A stretch of DNA of 64,000 nucleotides from NCBI RefSeq assembly GCF_018350175.1, contig NC_058368.1:18788001-18852000 (forward strand), written 5' to 3'. Below are positions 25,985 through 37,600 of this stretch, one piece after another. This DNA is from Felis catus. Lineage: Eukaryota. The notes below the pieces were generated by a model. The model saw nothing but the letters and a program-made list of their open reading frames with translations. It was not told the origin of the DNA and ran no database searches. The stretch's first letter is position 1. Each line of letters begins with the position of its first letter. The translations under genes and the position numbers were made by a program.

Positions 25985-26449
25985 AGTGCATTTTAACCAT
26001 GTTAATCTAATCCTAGCTCATTCCTCAGGCACTTTCTGAAAAAAAGAAAAGTAAAACATATAAACCTCCAATCTGTGGCCACTTAAAGGAGGACACAATC
26101 CTCCCGCCCCCTTCGGCAAGGTGTGTGAGGTAGGGACGCGCACGGCCCTGGAAAGCCACTGCTCCCCGCACACCCGCTAGTGCTCAGTGCCCTCCTAACT
26201 TGCCCTTCAAGTGTTTTTCCCTTTAGCATGGTCCGTCTGGCATGAGATTTAATATGCCTAGGAATTATTGCACAGGATGTCGTCGCAGACATTCTGAAGA
26301 TGCGGTACTCCCGAGTTGTTCCTTATCAGGGATCTTACTTGTTCTTCAACTCTCGGGACTTCACTCTCAGATGGACTGTTTCCTCCCCAACCCACCCCCG
26401 CCCCCCAAAGGAAATATCAGATTTGAAGAAACCATGGCACTGTGGCTGA

Positions 26450-26580
26450 CAAGGCTTAACTTAAGGTAAACATTAAAAAACAACAACAAAACACTAATAA
26501 AGAGCTTATTCTGCACAATTAGGAAAGAAAGACGCCAAACCATTGAAACAGAATTTATGTACATTTATGGCTTTATACAA
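26450..26580 (-). terminator. FOXO1: Probable FOXO1 cleavage/polyadenylation region with variant hexamers
   Basis: Minus strand TGTATAAAGCCATAAATGTACATAAA: TATAAA 26577-26572, CATAAA 26569-26564 and 26559-26554, two UGUA; AATAAG 26510-26505; GU/U-rich tracts downstream. Confidence 0.65.
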
Positions 26581-29389
26581 TAATAGCAAAGATTGTTCTT
26601 GTGTCTGTAAGTACATCAGCATCATCAGGCACTTCTCAGAGAGTATCGGAACAGGAACGTGGAATCTGTGCTGTTACTGAACTCGAGTAGTGAAATGCGG
26701 GGGGGATGTGACCGCATCCCGACAGGACTCCGGTGGCCACACCTGGCCACACTGCCAGGCCGTGCACACCACCCTCAAGGAGGAGGCCAAGAGAAATGCA
26801 AGGCTGTTTTGTTTGCATAAACCACACTGCCTTTTTTTAATGAACAATTAACTCCCAGACCAAAACCACAAGAGAAACTTCTCATTTAAAAGTCAGTTAT
26901 AAATTAAGAACTCGTAAGAGCTGAGTGTGAGAGTTTCAAGTAAGTCTGGGGGGAGGGAGGGAGGTGTTGGTAACATATACCCAGCAGTTGAACGTGTCCA
27001 AATTGTATACCTTTGGAAAACTTTTTTTTTTCCATTTCAAGTGTCCTTCTCCTCTTCTCAGTATGCTCCATTGATTTACTGCCCACTGGGATACAACATT
27101 TGCTAATTAATTTAGACTTTGTCAGTTTGTCGAAGCGGAACTTTGCAAGTAATACATCTAATTACCTAAATATATTCCATACATCTATATTACGGAAACA
27201 ATACTTTATATTTAAAATATCAGAATAGCTCTATAATACAATATGCTTTTAATAACAGTACAAACCAGAGGAAATAAATCAAACAAGGCTGCATAGGTGA
27301 TATCATTTGCACATTTCACAAAGCAATCATGTACAATAACTGATATACTAATTACTCAAGAAAGTCAGTATTCGTACAGAAAAAGTATTACCAGAGGTCA
27401 CATAATGTTTGTTTTCAAAATAGACAAGGTGCCTTTCACTGGACTTCACTGTACCCCAGAGAGATACTCAAGATTCATGAGAATTTCAACACAAAAATCT
27501 GCAGGAAAAAAAAAAAAGAGGTATTTACACAGACTCAGGAGGAAGAAACATCTTTTTAAAAGTTACTCTAGGATGTAATAAGATTTTAAGAGTGATTTCT
27601 GCTGGAGTTGCCTCTTTAATGAACAAACAGGGGCTCTGAGGCTCACCATGTGATGGCATAGGAGGAGGAAAGAAGCTGGACACAGTAGAGAACCCAAGTA
27701 CTCTGGCACCAACAAGTTCTATTACATATGCAGAAGGCACTGCTTAGAGGAACTAGGGTTTCCAAAACCAGACATATTTTGGAGTGGCTAGCAGTAAGGA
27801 TGGTTGGACAGGTGGCTGTTTAATGAACTTTCAAGACAGTAGAAGTCACAGTGGGAAGCTTACAACAGAGCTGGCCTCCTATAGGAAATCTTTCAGGAAC
27901 ACTTGTGTTCTCGTTAAACATGTAGGAAAGACCAAGCCAACAGATCGGCAATTCACATGCAAGACAAAGCAAGTGTGATCTGGGCTAAGTACACAGAAAG
28001 AAATCAGAGCCTTCTCAAGAAGGCAAGAGGAACATTTTTGTGCACCTGCTCCTTTTATTGTGCTGACTTAGGGCATTCCACAAGACTTGAAAATACTGAC
28101 GGATGCAAAGCCCATTAACCTAGTCTGTCAGTTACAGGTAATTGCAAAATATTAAAACATAATGATGCAGCATTGTAGTTTAGGTTGCTAAAGGCTAAGG
28201 AAATTCTCCAATTCTAACTTACCATAAGAGGTTTTACAATAAATTCAAATATACAACCTACAGCTGGTTTGTTGGCTTTCAAATTAATTGCCCCAATTTT
28301 TAAACAAGCTCTAGTCCATTTGGTAGCCATCTGCACTCAGGGACACAAAGCATTCTGCAAATCACTGAAGTCCTATTTTAAATTTTCCTCCTTCCACCTA
28401 AATTTCCACAGTGTGCTAAGTAATCTGCAGGACAGAAGGGAGAGAGGAATGAAGTGTGAGTCTTAACATAATCCTTCAAGGCAGAGCTATCAAACCAACC
28501 TCCACCTAGACCAAAATAAGAGCACAGAAATAGGAGGGAAAACATTTGCTGAAGCTCAACTCCAAAAGGTTAAGTTGATCCAAACTCCCAGTTTGAGAGA
28601 GGAGCATGGTTTTAGACTCGGGTCTCCCTTTCTGATCTACAAACATCACGAGGCCCTGAAACACCGTGCACTTAGTTCACGGGATAATAGGAGCAGATGG
28701 AATTTCTTTAAAACACATACATAAAAGCTTACTAAGTTCTCCTAAACATGAAACGCAAAATGTCCATAACTAACCATCACTCTCCTGCCAGAACAGAGCC
28801 AGAAACGTGGAGTATGCAAGTACTAATTACAATGATTTTAAGATTAGTCAGAAACAACACCAAGTAGCATCCCCAAGTGTACAAACCAGTTAAACACGTA
28901 TAAAATTAGTACTAATCCAGTTAGAAATACAAAATGAAAATTATGGATGCTGCCTCAAATATCTGGGATTCCACAAATTTACAAGCAGACTATGTAACAA
29001 AGTAGACTCTAGTTTTAAGAAAACATTACAGTTCAATATCTATTCCAAAAATGTCCCAACGATAACATCAAAAATCATTTATCTGGAAATTAGAACCATT
29101 TAAATGTTTGTACAAATTTGCAAATAACAAAATAAACAAACAAAAAAATAGAAAAGACCTGTACAAGGCTGGCATTTAATCTATTTTTTCCCCCGAAGGT
29201 GTCTGACAAGTCCATTAATTCAGCAGATTGATAACAGGCTATTGGTTCTCATGTGAAGTGGCCATGTGAACAGGCCCAAAGCTGTCCCTTGGAGGCGCAG
29301 GATGGAGAGCTTGGTTCTCTGTGGTTCGTCTGTTCAGCAGAACACAGGTGGTACAAACAAAAGTTTAACTTATCAAAGACATGAGACCC

Positions 29390-29396
29390 TCACAGT
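29390..29396 (-). promoter_or_regulatory. miR-27 7mer-m8 / miR-128 7mer-A1 seed match
   Basis: ACTGTGA on the mRNA strand. Confidence 0.6.
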
Positions 29397-29444
29397 ATTA
29401 CAAAAAGTATAAACTTTCCTTGGACCAAATGGATATTTTTTAAA

Positions 29445-29445
<1 letters not shown>

Positions 29446-29477
<32 letters not shown>
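29446..29477. repeat. (AAC)n microsatellite in FOXO1 3'UTR, (GUU)n in mRNA
   Basis: About 10 AAC units. Confidence 0.93.
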
Positions 29478-29577
29478 AAACACACACAAATACAGTTCTG
29501 TCGCTACTGCTTATGTACAAAACTTGAAAGCACACCAGGATCTGAATGTCTTTTCTGCAATTATATGGTGTAGTGAG

Positions 29578-29671
29578 TTTGGCACTTCATTGTAATGAAA
29601 TTTCCAATGGCACAGTCCTTATCTACAGCGGCACATAACCTGCAAACATCGGGCAAACATCCTGTACAGGA
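29578..29671 (-). promoter_or_regulatory. miRNA seed-match cluster in proximal FOXO1 3'UTR
   Basis: GTGCCAAA 29585-29578 (miR-96 8mer, miR-182 7mer-A1); GTGCCAT 29613-29607 (miR-183 7mer-m8); CTGTAGA 29628-29622 (miR-139-5p 7mer-A1); GTACAGGA 29667-29660 (miR-486-5p 8mer). Confidence 0.75.
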
Positions 29672-29837
29672 AAAGTGTCTTCGCTGCCAAGTCTGACGAA
29701 AGGAAAAAAGAAATTCGTTTTTTGTTTGTTTTTTTTTTTTTTTAATCAAGAAAACGAAAAGGAGGGGTGAAGGACATCTTTGGACTGCTTCTCTCAGTTC
29801 CTGCTGTCAGACAGTCTGAAGTACTTTTAAGTGTAGC

Positions 29838-30305
29838 CTAGAAAAAACACACAATGAAAATACAGCCGAATTAAAATCAATTTGATTTAACGTATTAGAG
29901 TGACAGACATACTTGGGGGGGGGGGGGGGATGGGAGAAGCTAGAGCTTTCTCAAACAGCTCTGAAATCTTTCAATGGGGAAAATTCCACTTATAAAAAAA
30001 ACCTGCAGCATTTGACTTGTATCAAACATATTCATTTATTGAAGAGTTACTAAAAAGATGCAGCCATCTAACTGTCAAAAGAAATCTTGAAAGCAGAGGA
30101 AAATTCCTTATGCTTAAGCTCAAAGAAAAAAAAATTATAAGCTGAAAAAAGGGCAAAGAAAGAATGATAAAAGATGCCTCTCTGCAAGGAACAGCCAGCT
30201 GACATCAGGAAAAGTCCCAACCATGGAAGATATGTGGCAAGTTACCGTGTTCCTCTCTTTTAAGTCCTGGCTTCAGAAGGTCTTTTGACACGGGGGTGAT
30301 CTTAC
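29838..30305 (-). other. FOXO1: FOXO1 intron 2 (468 nt, within the 3'UTR)
   Basis: Donor CAG|GTAAGA at 30306/30305, 18 nt after the stop; acceptor GTGTGTTTTTTCTAG|GCTACACTTAAAAG at 29838/29837. The joined sequence matches the FOXO1 mRNA as I recall it. Confidence 0.92.
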
Positions 30306-30323
30306 CTGTTCACTAACTCACTC

Positions 30324-31661
30324 TTAGCCTGACACCCAGCTATGTGTCGTCGTCTTGACGCTGTGCGGGAAGCTTTGGTTGGGCAACACATTGTCAAAGT
30401 TAAAATCCAACGTATCTCCATCCATAAGATCGTTCCGAATGATGGACTCCATGTCGCAGTCCAAGCGCTCAATCAACATGCCATCCAAGTCACTTGGGAG
30501 CTTCTCCTGGTGGAGAAGGCCCATCCTGCCATAGCCATTGCAGCTGCTCACCGAGGAGTAGGCCCCCAGCGCGTTCATCTGCATGGTGTGGGACAGAGGC
30601 ACTTGTAAAGCTGTCTTCACGGGGGCCAAGCGGTTCATACCCGAGGTGTGGGGCATGGTGTTGACCGCATGGGGCAAGGCACGCCCATTAACTGCGGATG
30701 TTGGCTGGGTATGTCCAGGGTGGGTGTGGGAGCTGGGGTTCATCATTTTGTTATGAGATGCCTGGCTGCCATAGGTTGACATGACCGAATTAGGGCCCAT
30801 CAACACATTCTGACCAAGGACCCGGCTGTTGGGTTGGGCGATCCCAGGATCAACTGCTGTCATAATGTCATTGTGGGGAGGAGAGTCAGAAGTAAGCAAC
30901 TCCTTCAAGAGTCCTGGTGCACAGTTATACTGATTCATACCTCCATAGCTCGATTTGTTGTCCTGAAGTGTTTGCATAGGCATCTGGGGCAAAGGGCTCA
31001 TGCTGGACTGGCCATATGTGTATTTTTGGTAGTTTGGGCTGGGTGAATTCAGACTGGTGTTTGGAGGTGCAAATGAGTAGCATGGTGTCTGCTGCATCAT
31101 GGTGCCAGGTGAAGACTGGGTTGAAACAGTTAATGGCGTTGGTGATGACAGAAGGTTGAGATTATCCAAAAGATTTTCCATATTTTCAGGATTGCTTATC
31201 TCAGACAGACTGGGTAGCGTAGAAGCCATCTTTGCAGCAGATGGTGGGTACACCAGAGAATGCACATCCCCATCTCCAAGATCGTCCTGTTCGGTCATAA
31301 TGGGAGAAAGTCTCCCACTAATAGTACTAGCATTTGAGCTAGTTCGAGGGCGAAATGTACTCCAGTTATCAAAGTCATCATTGCTGTGAGAGCCAGGGCT
31401 CGCAGGCCATTTAGAAAACTGAGATCCTGGGCTGTCCCCGGCACCCTCCTGGCCAGACTGCAGGGATGCTTTTTTCTTAGCAGCTCGGCCCCGGCTCTTA
31501 GCAAATTTACTGTTGTTGTCCATGGACGCAGCTCTTCTCCGAGGGGATTTGCCACTCTTGCCTCCCTCTGGATTGAGCATCCACCAAGAACTTTTTCCAG
31601 TTCCTTCATTCTGCACACGAATGAACTTGCTGTGTAGGGACAGATTATGGCGAATTGAATT
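30324..31661 (-). CDS. FOXO1: Forkhead box protein O1, coding part of exon 2 (C-terminal half of forkhead domain to stop); exon 1 lies beyond the window end
   Basis: After acceptor ...ttttgctttacAG (AG at 31663-31662) the frame reads [52 protein letters not shown]...[13 protein letters not shown]. Contains Akt motifs RRRAAS and RPRTSS, basic NLS region [13 protein letters not shown]-like [10 protein letters not shown], LxxLL (LKELL) and the acidic C-terminal transactivation region [23 protein letters not shown]. Phase-0 junction. Confidence 0.99.
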   Translation of the reverse strand, partial: NSIRHNLSLHSKFIRVQNEGTGKSSWWMLNPEGGKSGKSPRRRAASMDNNSKFAKSRGRAAKKKASLQSGQEGAGDSPGSQFSKWPASPGSHSNDDFDNWSTFRPRTSSNASTISGRLSPIMTEQDDLGDGDVHSLVYPPSAAKMASTLPSLSEISNPENMENLLDNLNLLSSPTPLTVSTQSSPGTMMQQTPCYSFAPPNTSLNSPSPNYQKYTYGQSSMSPLPQMPMQTLQDNKSSYGGMNQYNCAPGLLKELLTSDSPPHNDIMTAVDPGIAQPNSRVLGQNVLMGPNSVMSTYGSQASHNKMMNPSSHTHPGHTQPTSAVNGRALPHAVNTMPHTSGMNRLAPVKTALQVPLSHTMQMNALGAYSSVSSCNGYGRMGLLHQEKLPSDLDGMLIERLDCDMESIIRNDLMDGDTLDFNFDNVLPNQSFPHSVKTTTHSWVSG

Positions 31662-31687
31662 CTGTAAAGCAAAACATCATGTTAGAA
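31662..31687 (-). promoter_or_regulatory. FOXO1: Branch point and 3' splice site of FOXO1 exon 2
   Basis: Minus strand TTCTAACATGATGTTTTGCTTTACAG|AAT; CTAAC consensus with branch A at 31682, 21 nt from the exon. Confidence 0.85.
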
Positions 31688-31879
31688 ATAAGTACTTCTC
31701 CCGTTGGAGTACTTACTGTTCAGTATAGATATATGTTAATGGAAGACAAGTAAACATCTTTTAAAGTTTGTGGTACAGATTTCAACCTATACCATCAGAA
31801 GGGTTCTGAACTCCACTATAAAAGAGCTCCAAACCAGTACAAGAGAAATAGTATCTTATCTTAAAAACAGGCATCTGTA

Positions 31880-32086
31880 GGAGTGCCTGAGTGGCTCAAT
31901 CGGATGAGTGTCCGACTCTTGATTTTGGCTCAGGTCACCATCTCACGGTTCAGGAGATCGAGCCCCACGTTAGGACCCACGTCCAGCTCCATGCTGGGCT
32001 CCGAACTGGGCATGGAGCCTGCTTCAGATTCTTCTCTCTCCTTCTGCCCCTCCCCCGCTCATGCTCTCAAAACAAACCAAAACGAA
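31880..32086 (+). mobile_element. Carnivore SINE, antisense to FOXO1, ~220 nt from exon 2
   Basis: SINE head and body with a short internal cccacgt repeat; TSD core tctgta on both sides. Confidence 0.88.
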
Positions 32087-32689
32087 CCCAGTGTCTGTAT
32101 CTTAATGTAATGAGGGGACAAAATTAAATAAGCATTATTATAGACACCTTCTTTTACATGGCTGTATTTTACAGGAAATCACAGGAACTCACTTTAAAAC
32201 CACTTAAATTTTTGCTTAGCTACAATGCTACGTAAATAGCAAAAACCGTTTCCATTCTATCACCCCTAAAACTACTGCCAATTCTCTTCAGATTGAACAT
32301 ATGCCATTTACACAAGTGAGAAGTTTTAGATTACTGGGCCCACGTGATTATGGAAAAGAAAGAAGTGAAGCAGGATATATTCTTAGTCAAGAATTAAAAG
32401 CCTGAAAAACAGTAAGACCTAGATTCCTTTCTACCTTTCAAGTCCATTAGGCTAATATAGGTGAATATAAGGCAAACAGGGTCATATTTCTTATTTTAGA
32501 AAGTTGAACTGCCGAAAAAGAGAAAATTTAGATCCAAGTGCTGTTCACCAACCCCTCCTCCCACAAATAACCAGCGGTATGTGCCAACTAACTCCAGGTC
32601 ACTGCATCGGAGGGAGGTCATGCTCTATCCAAAAAGACACGGGGGAGAGGGGTGGCAATGCAAAGAGCTCCAGGCTTCAGTCGCTCAGT

Positions 32690-32892
32690 ACAGTTGTTCC
32701 ACAACTAAACTGTGCCATGTGTATTTCCAACACAATTAGTAAAGAAAATCAACTTAACTTTGTGAAACTGCTTGGCCCCTAGGTGCCTTAAGTTTCCTTA
32801 CCTATAAAACAGAGATAAATAATAGACCCATTTAGGGCTAATAGAGGGAGACAGAGTTTATAAAATGTTCAGTGGTGCCTGGCACATGGCAA
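32690..32892 (+). mobile_element. MIR
   Basis: gtgccttaagtttccttacctataaaacagagataa...cagtggtgcctggcacat. Confidence 0.65.
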
Positions 32893-35800
32893 GCAGTTCC
32901 CAAGAAGTAGGGCCTAGATCCCAACTGTGAGGGCACGAGGATATTGCCATTTTGAGCCCTGCTCCCCTCCTCCTGCCTCCTATTCACTGGGGCGTGGGCA
33001 GGAGCTCAGAGGGATTGCAAACACAAACCCACAACTCCCAATATACAGTGAAGGAGGCCAAAGAGAGTCTCAAGCTCCAGCAGAAGCAGCAAAGCCAGGC
33101 TGCAAATCAGGAAGCCCCAATCCAACTCCCCTAATGGACACATATGGGATCACCAGCATCTGGAGAGCCTCTGGGGACATACGGAAAAGCAAAAATGGGC
33201 TCCAAAGGAGGGCCCTTGTCTTGTAGCTTTTTGTTCCCCATCTAGAACAAGGCACACAGCAGACTCCCACTACCTGCTCATTCAGCAGCCTCTGTCATCA
33301 GGGCCCTGAGGCCAAGTCCAGGAGCAGGATTCTGGATGTCCTAGACCCCTGGGAACAGGCCCCTGTGCATGTCTCCCAAGCTTCCCCTGGCTTCCTCTGC
33401 CAACTGGGGACAAGGCTTAGCAGACTGAGCCCCCTGGACCTCTGGGGCCCCTCACCCTGACCACAAAAAGGCCCTGGCTGGATTTGTGGTCACCCAGGGA
33501 TGCAGCCACAGTGCCCACATCCTCATGCCATCAACGTGGGATGCAGATGCTTGAGTGCCAATCGCTGCGTCAGAAAAAGCCTTTGCACAGACAAGGCCCG
33601 GGCTTCAACACAAACCATGAATTCAGGTTCTTTCTTATTAAAAAAAAGATTACAAACATGCGGGGGAAAAATCTCACTGTCTAAAAGGAGATGGGATAGT
33701 CCGAGTCGAGTCAGGCCGGATAGCCAGGGCTGAGAAATCCGTATTTCAAAATGCCCTCTGACCCTCTGTACTACATTCCACCCAAAGATTGCAACAGAGG
33801 AGCAACGTGACAAACCCTTCTGCCAGGGCACACGGCGTGGGCAGGTCAGATTCGGCTCTGAATGGGCCTTCCAGGCTAGATGCTGTGCAGGTGTCCAAGT
33901 GGATGGCATGAAGGTTTCTTTTGTTCCCTAAACTTTCCTCTTCCTTCCCATCTATTGATCTATCCCCAACTCAAGAAAAGCTTTGAGGAGGACTTTAAGT
34001 ACACACAAGAATCCCTAAAAGAGGCCAAGTACTACATTTTTCTAATGGCCTATTTCATTTCCGTAAGATTCTCCAAACCCCACGGAAAGGTCTTAAACAC
34101 ACACCTATGTATGCTCCAAGAACCACAGCCTCATCTCCTGGGCCCACCAACACCAGCAAAGCAGGTTCTAAATCTGTCCTTAAAGAGGCAGGCCTGTCCC
34201 TGGGGAGGACCTGGAAAGGGGCCGAGCGCTCTGACCCTGCGACATGTTCTATAGGCTGAAAGTCTGGGTGTTTGCACAATATTCCATCTTGACTATCTTG
34301 TTCTTGGAACACAATAGACACATAGATAAGCCACGATGAAATCTCTAGAGGAAAGGAAGCTTGACTCCTGTCCCTGTCACATTTAGTTAATGATAAAGGG
34401 GGGAAGATCCTCCTAGATAATGGCTTCCTGGTTGTCTGCACTGGCTGGTGGAGAGGGTGGTGCAGCTCTGTAACACTCATAATTAGATCAGGTCATTTGT
34501 AACTGCAATTAGGGGACATTTTTAATGAGACTGCAGAATATGTAATGATGAAATCTTTAAAAAGTTCAAAAGCGTTCACTAAGCCAGGTGGGACATACAC
34601 TAACTCACCACTTAGACTTACCCCCCCTCTCCAAAAGGGTGGTAGGGGGAGGGTCCACAGCAATACCCTACTTATCAAAACATCATGCTCCATATTTTTC
34701 TAAGAGGACATTTCAGGTCACTCTTTGAGTAACAGAGCTGTCTTCTAACTTTGCCAACAATTAAAAAAAATTTTTTTTCCAAACAGGAAAAGGTTTGCTG
34801 TGCAGGGCTTGTTACAAAAATTCCTGTTTTTCATACAGCCAGCAGGGCTATGATAGGGAGCGGGGGCGGGGTGAATAGGTAAATCCTGCAAAAATATGTG
34901 TTGCTATTAAGGGTATTATATCTGCAGACCCCTGCGGGACACAGCCATGGCCGGAGGAAACTGTGGTTCTCCCGCAAACTCTTCGACTGTCAGTGCTTGG
35001 AGATACTCAGTTTTTTGACTACAAACAGAATATTACCTGAGAAGTAAGGCAGGTTGTGAAGACAGAAAACTCATACACCGCAAGATACTTAGCCAAATCA
35101 CAAGCTGCTATGCCATTAGACTCCGCCCACCCCCCCACCCTCACCCCCCAACCAAGGACACATGAGCAAATTTCCTCTCCAGCAGCTGTATTTCTCTGCA
35201 GCCTGGGCTCTTTATTAATGCTGAGCTGGATTTCCTCTCACATACCCTCCCCACAACCTGCCCCCCCAAGCAGGGCGGCACGTTCTTCTTGGGAAGCCTG
35301 ACCTGACCCGGGACATTCGGGCGGGTCGCGTCGGGGGCAGAAGGAGCTGCACAAGGTATGTGCTTGCTTGCTCAGCCTGCCTCCAAGTCCCAGGTGCTCT
35401 ATTTCAGGAGTTCTATGGATTCCAAGCTCCTTAAAGAGCAAGGGCGGAAGTCTGGTTTTATTTCCTAATCTTGAAGCCCCTAGAAGAGTTCTGTGTACAC
35501 GCATGCACACGCGCACGCACACACAAAGATGATGTGCACACAAGAAAAAGCCAAGGAATGTTTGTTGACTGACATCCCAAACACACTACAGGGAAGGTGT
35601 AATGTCTTACACATCTTTTGGCCATCTGTTCACATACCAATTCATGCCAAACCACATTTATTGGGACCTAGTTTGTGCTAGGTGCAATGAAAGACAACAG
35701 GAGGAATTAGGCAGAGTCTGCCCTCTAGGTGTTTTATGATTGGCCTGGGCCAAGAACAAGTCCACCTAAACAGCCACATGGGACAGAAAATGATGCCCAA

Positions 35801-35974
35801 ACCACTGTCCAGGAGCACTGACATTTTCCTATCAAAGGCTGCCACCCCCACCTCCTCCAACTTCTCTCTGAGCTCAAACGTCCCTTCCTTCTGGAACCAT
35901 CCCATCCTACTGCTAACACAGGACCTTGCTTACTCACCACAATGATGATTCTGCTATGTGTGGTCCCCTGGGGG

Positions 35975-36200
35975 CATGTGTGGCTCCCCACTACACTGTA
36001 AGCTGCATGAGCTCAGGACCTGGTCTGTCTTCTTGTACAATGTATCCTCGCAGCTCCATCACCAAGAGGCACTCAAGTATCTGTTAAATGGATTAATAGG
36101 CTCTACATTGACAGGGCTGTTGTGGAGATTAAATGAGAGAACACATGTAAAGTGCTTACCTCAATCAATATTAGCTGATGTTACTGTTGTTGTTATTAGG
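35975..36200 (+). mobile_element. L2 3' end followed by a MIR 3' fragment
   Basis: ccccactacactgtaagctgcatgag...ggcactcaagtatctgttaaatgg; gggctgttgtggagattaaatgagagaacacatgtaaagtgctta. Confidence 0.7.
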
Positions 36201-37369
36201 ATAATGGCATCTATAAAATGTCTGTGTTTTAGACACTTATCTGTACCATAACCATCAGTCTAATTTACTATCCTACCTTGCACTGTTGCCACTAATAAGG
36301 TGTTACATGTTAGGTACTGGAAAAGTAGACCAGCATTGAGGTAAGACTTAAGATGTTTTCTCTCTGCACCAGACAGTACCTCAGATGCTGTGAAGAGACG
36401 TTAATAATAAAGGAACTCAGATACCAAAGCTGGTCTGTTACTGCCCTTGCCAGTAAGTGTATCAGAATCCTGAAGTCTTCTCAAGGTGCTGCCACGGAGC
36501 CTCGCGTGTGGGCACCACACACAGCTGTGGCCTCTCAGCTCTCTGGACTCAGCCAGTGTGCGACAAGGGAAGGAGTGGCAGGTATTACCCGGGCCGCAGT
36601 CAAGAGACCACAGTCCTGTGTCTCCTTGGGGGGGTGGTTACAAATGAGCCCTGCTGGTCCCCTGCCTCTCTGGCTGGCAGAAGCTAGGCTCTGGGGCTGG
36701 CCCCTAGAAACTCTGAGGACACAGGACAGGAACTGTCCCTCCCCAAGAGGCTCCCAGCCCCGCTGTTTAAAGCAATAATCGGAGCGTCGCTGACGCACAA
36801 GAAGAAATCTTCACACCTTTCATTTGCTTTAAGTTTTTTATCTCATTTTTAAATCTATATTGGCAAAATGTGTTATATAACATACACAATCTATGGCTGT
36901 AGTACAAATGAAAAAATGTGACATCAGAAAGGATATGTGATTTTTACAAAAAACATTTGGAGACCCCTACTCTATTACAGTAGACTTCTAGTCTACTAGA
37001 AGCCTGAACAAAGAAAACCAAGGTTGTTGAACTAGTCCTAGAGTCAAGACTAGCAAGCTCTTTGGCCTACCAGACCTGGGCTGAAGAAATGCTCTGATCT
37101 GGCCCTGGGTTTGCACCTCTCCTCCCCTACCCTGCCCCGGGCTCCTTCCTGTCCATTTTTCTGTACCCTGGACACTCATCACTCTGAATCCTGCCTTCTG
37201 ACCTGAGCTGCCAGCTTGGTTCCATCTAGCCTGTCCACTGGTGTGCGTGGAGATCACCACCTTCCAGCCATGGGTCTTGCCATCACTCCATTTTTCTTTC
37301 TGCTCGGCAGTTCTAAGACTACTCGGGTCTTTGTCTTTATAACCAAAAAGAAAAGAAAACCATCAACTT

Positions 37370-37600
37370 TGGCTGAGTACATCCTGCTCACGAACCCCGG
37401 GCCTTCATACTTTGTCTGCATTTTACTTCATATACAAACTGCGTTTAATCCATCATCGCATTCCACACTTGAAAGATCCCTATAAGGCAGGGATTACTGG
37501 CCTTGTTCTAGACATGGGAAAACTGAGGCTCAGAAAATTAATTGTCCAACTAGGGCTCAGAACTAGGTTTCAGGAGTCTGAATGCAACACTGCTGCCAGC
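37370..37600 (-). mobile_element. MIR
   Basis: ccctataaggcagggattactggccttgttctagacatgggaaaactgaggctcagaaa. Confidence 0.65.

Larger units (their letters stand above)
26450..29837 (-). other. FOXO1: FOXO1 exon 3, non-coding 3'UTR (3' end approximate)
   Basis: Begins at the acceptor above; AU-rich, no recognisable transposons, many miRNA seed matches; ends in a UGUA/variant-hexamer/GU-rich region. Confidence 0.88.

Noticed and set aside
30324..31616. 430-aa ORF starting MQNEG as a complete gene
   Set aside because: The start is a GTG (Val) inside the forkhead domain; the frame extends 15 codons further to a canonical splice acceptor.
30342..31728. Plus-strand ORFs overlapping FOXO1 exon 2
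   Set aside because: Short antisense shadows of a coding exon with no independent support.
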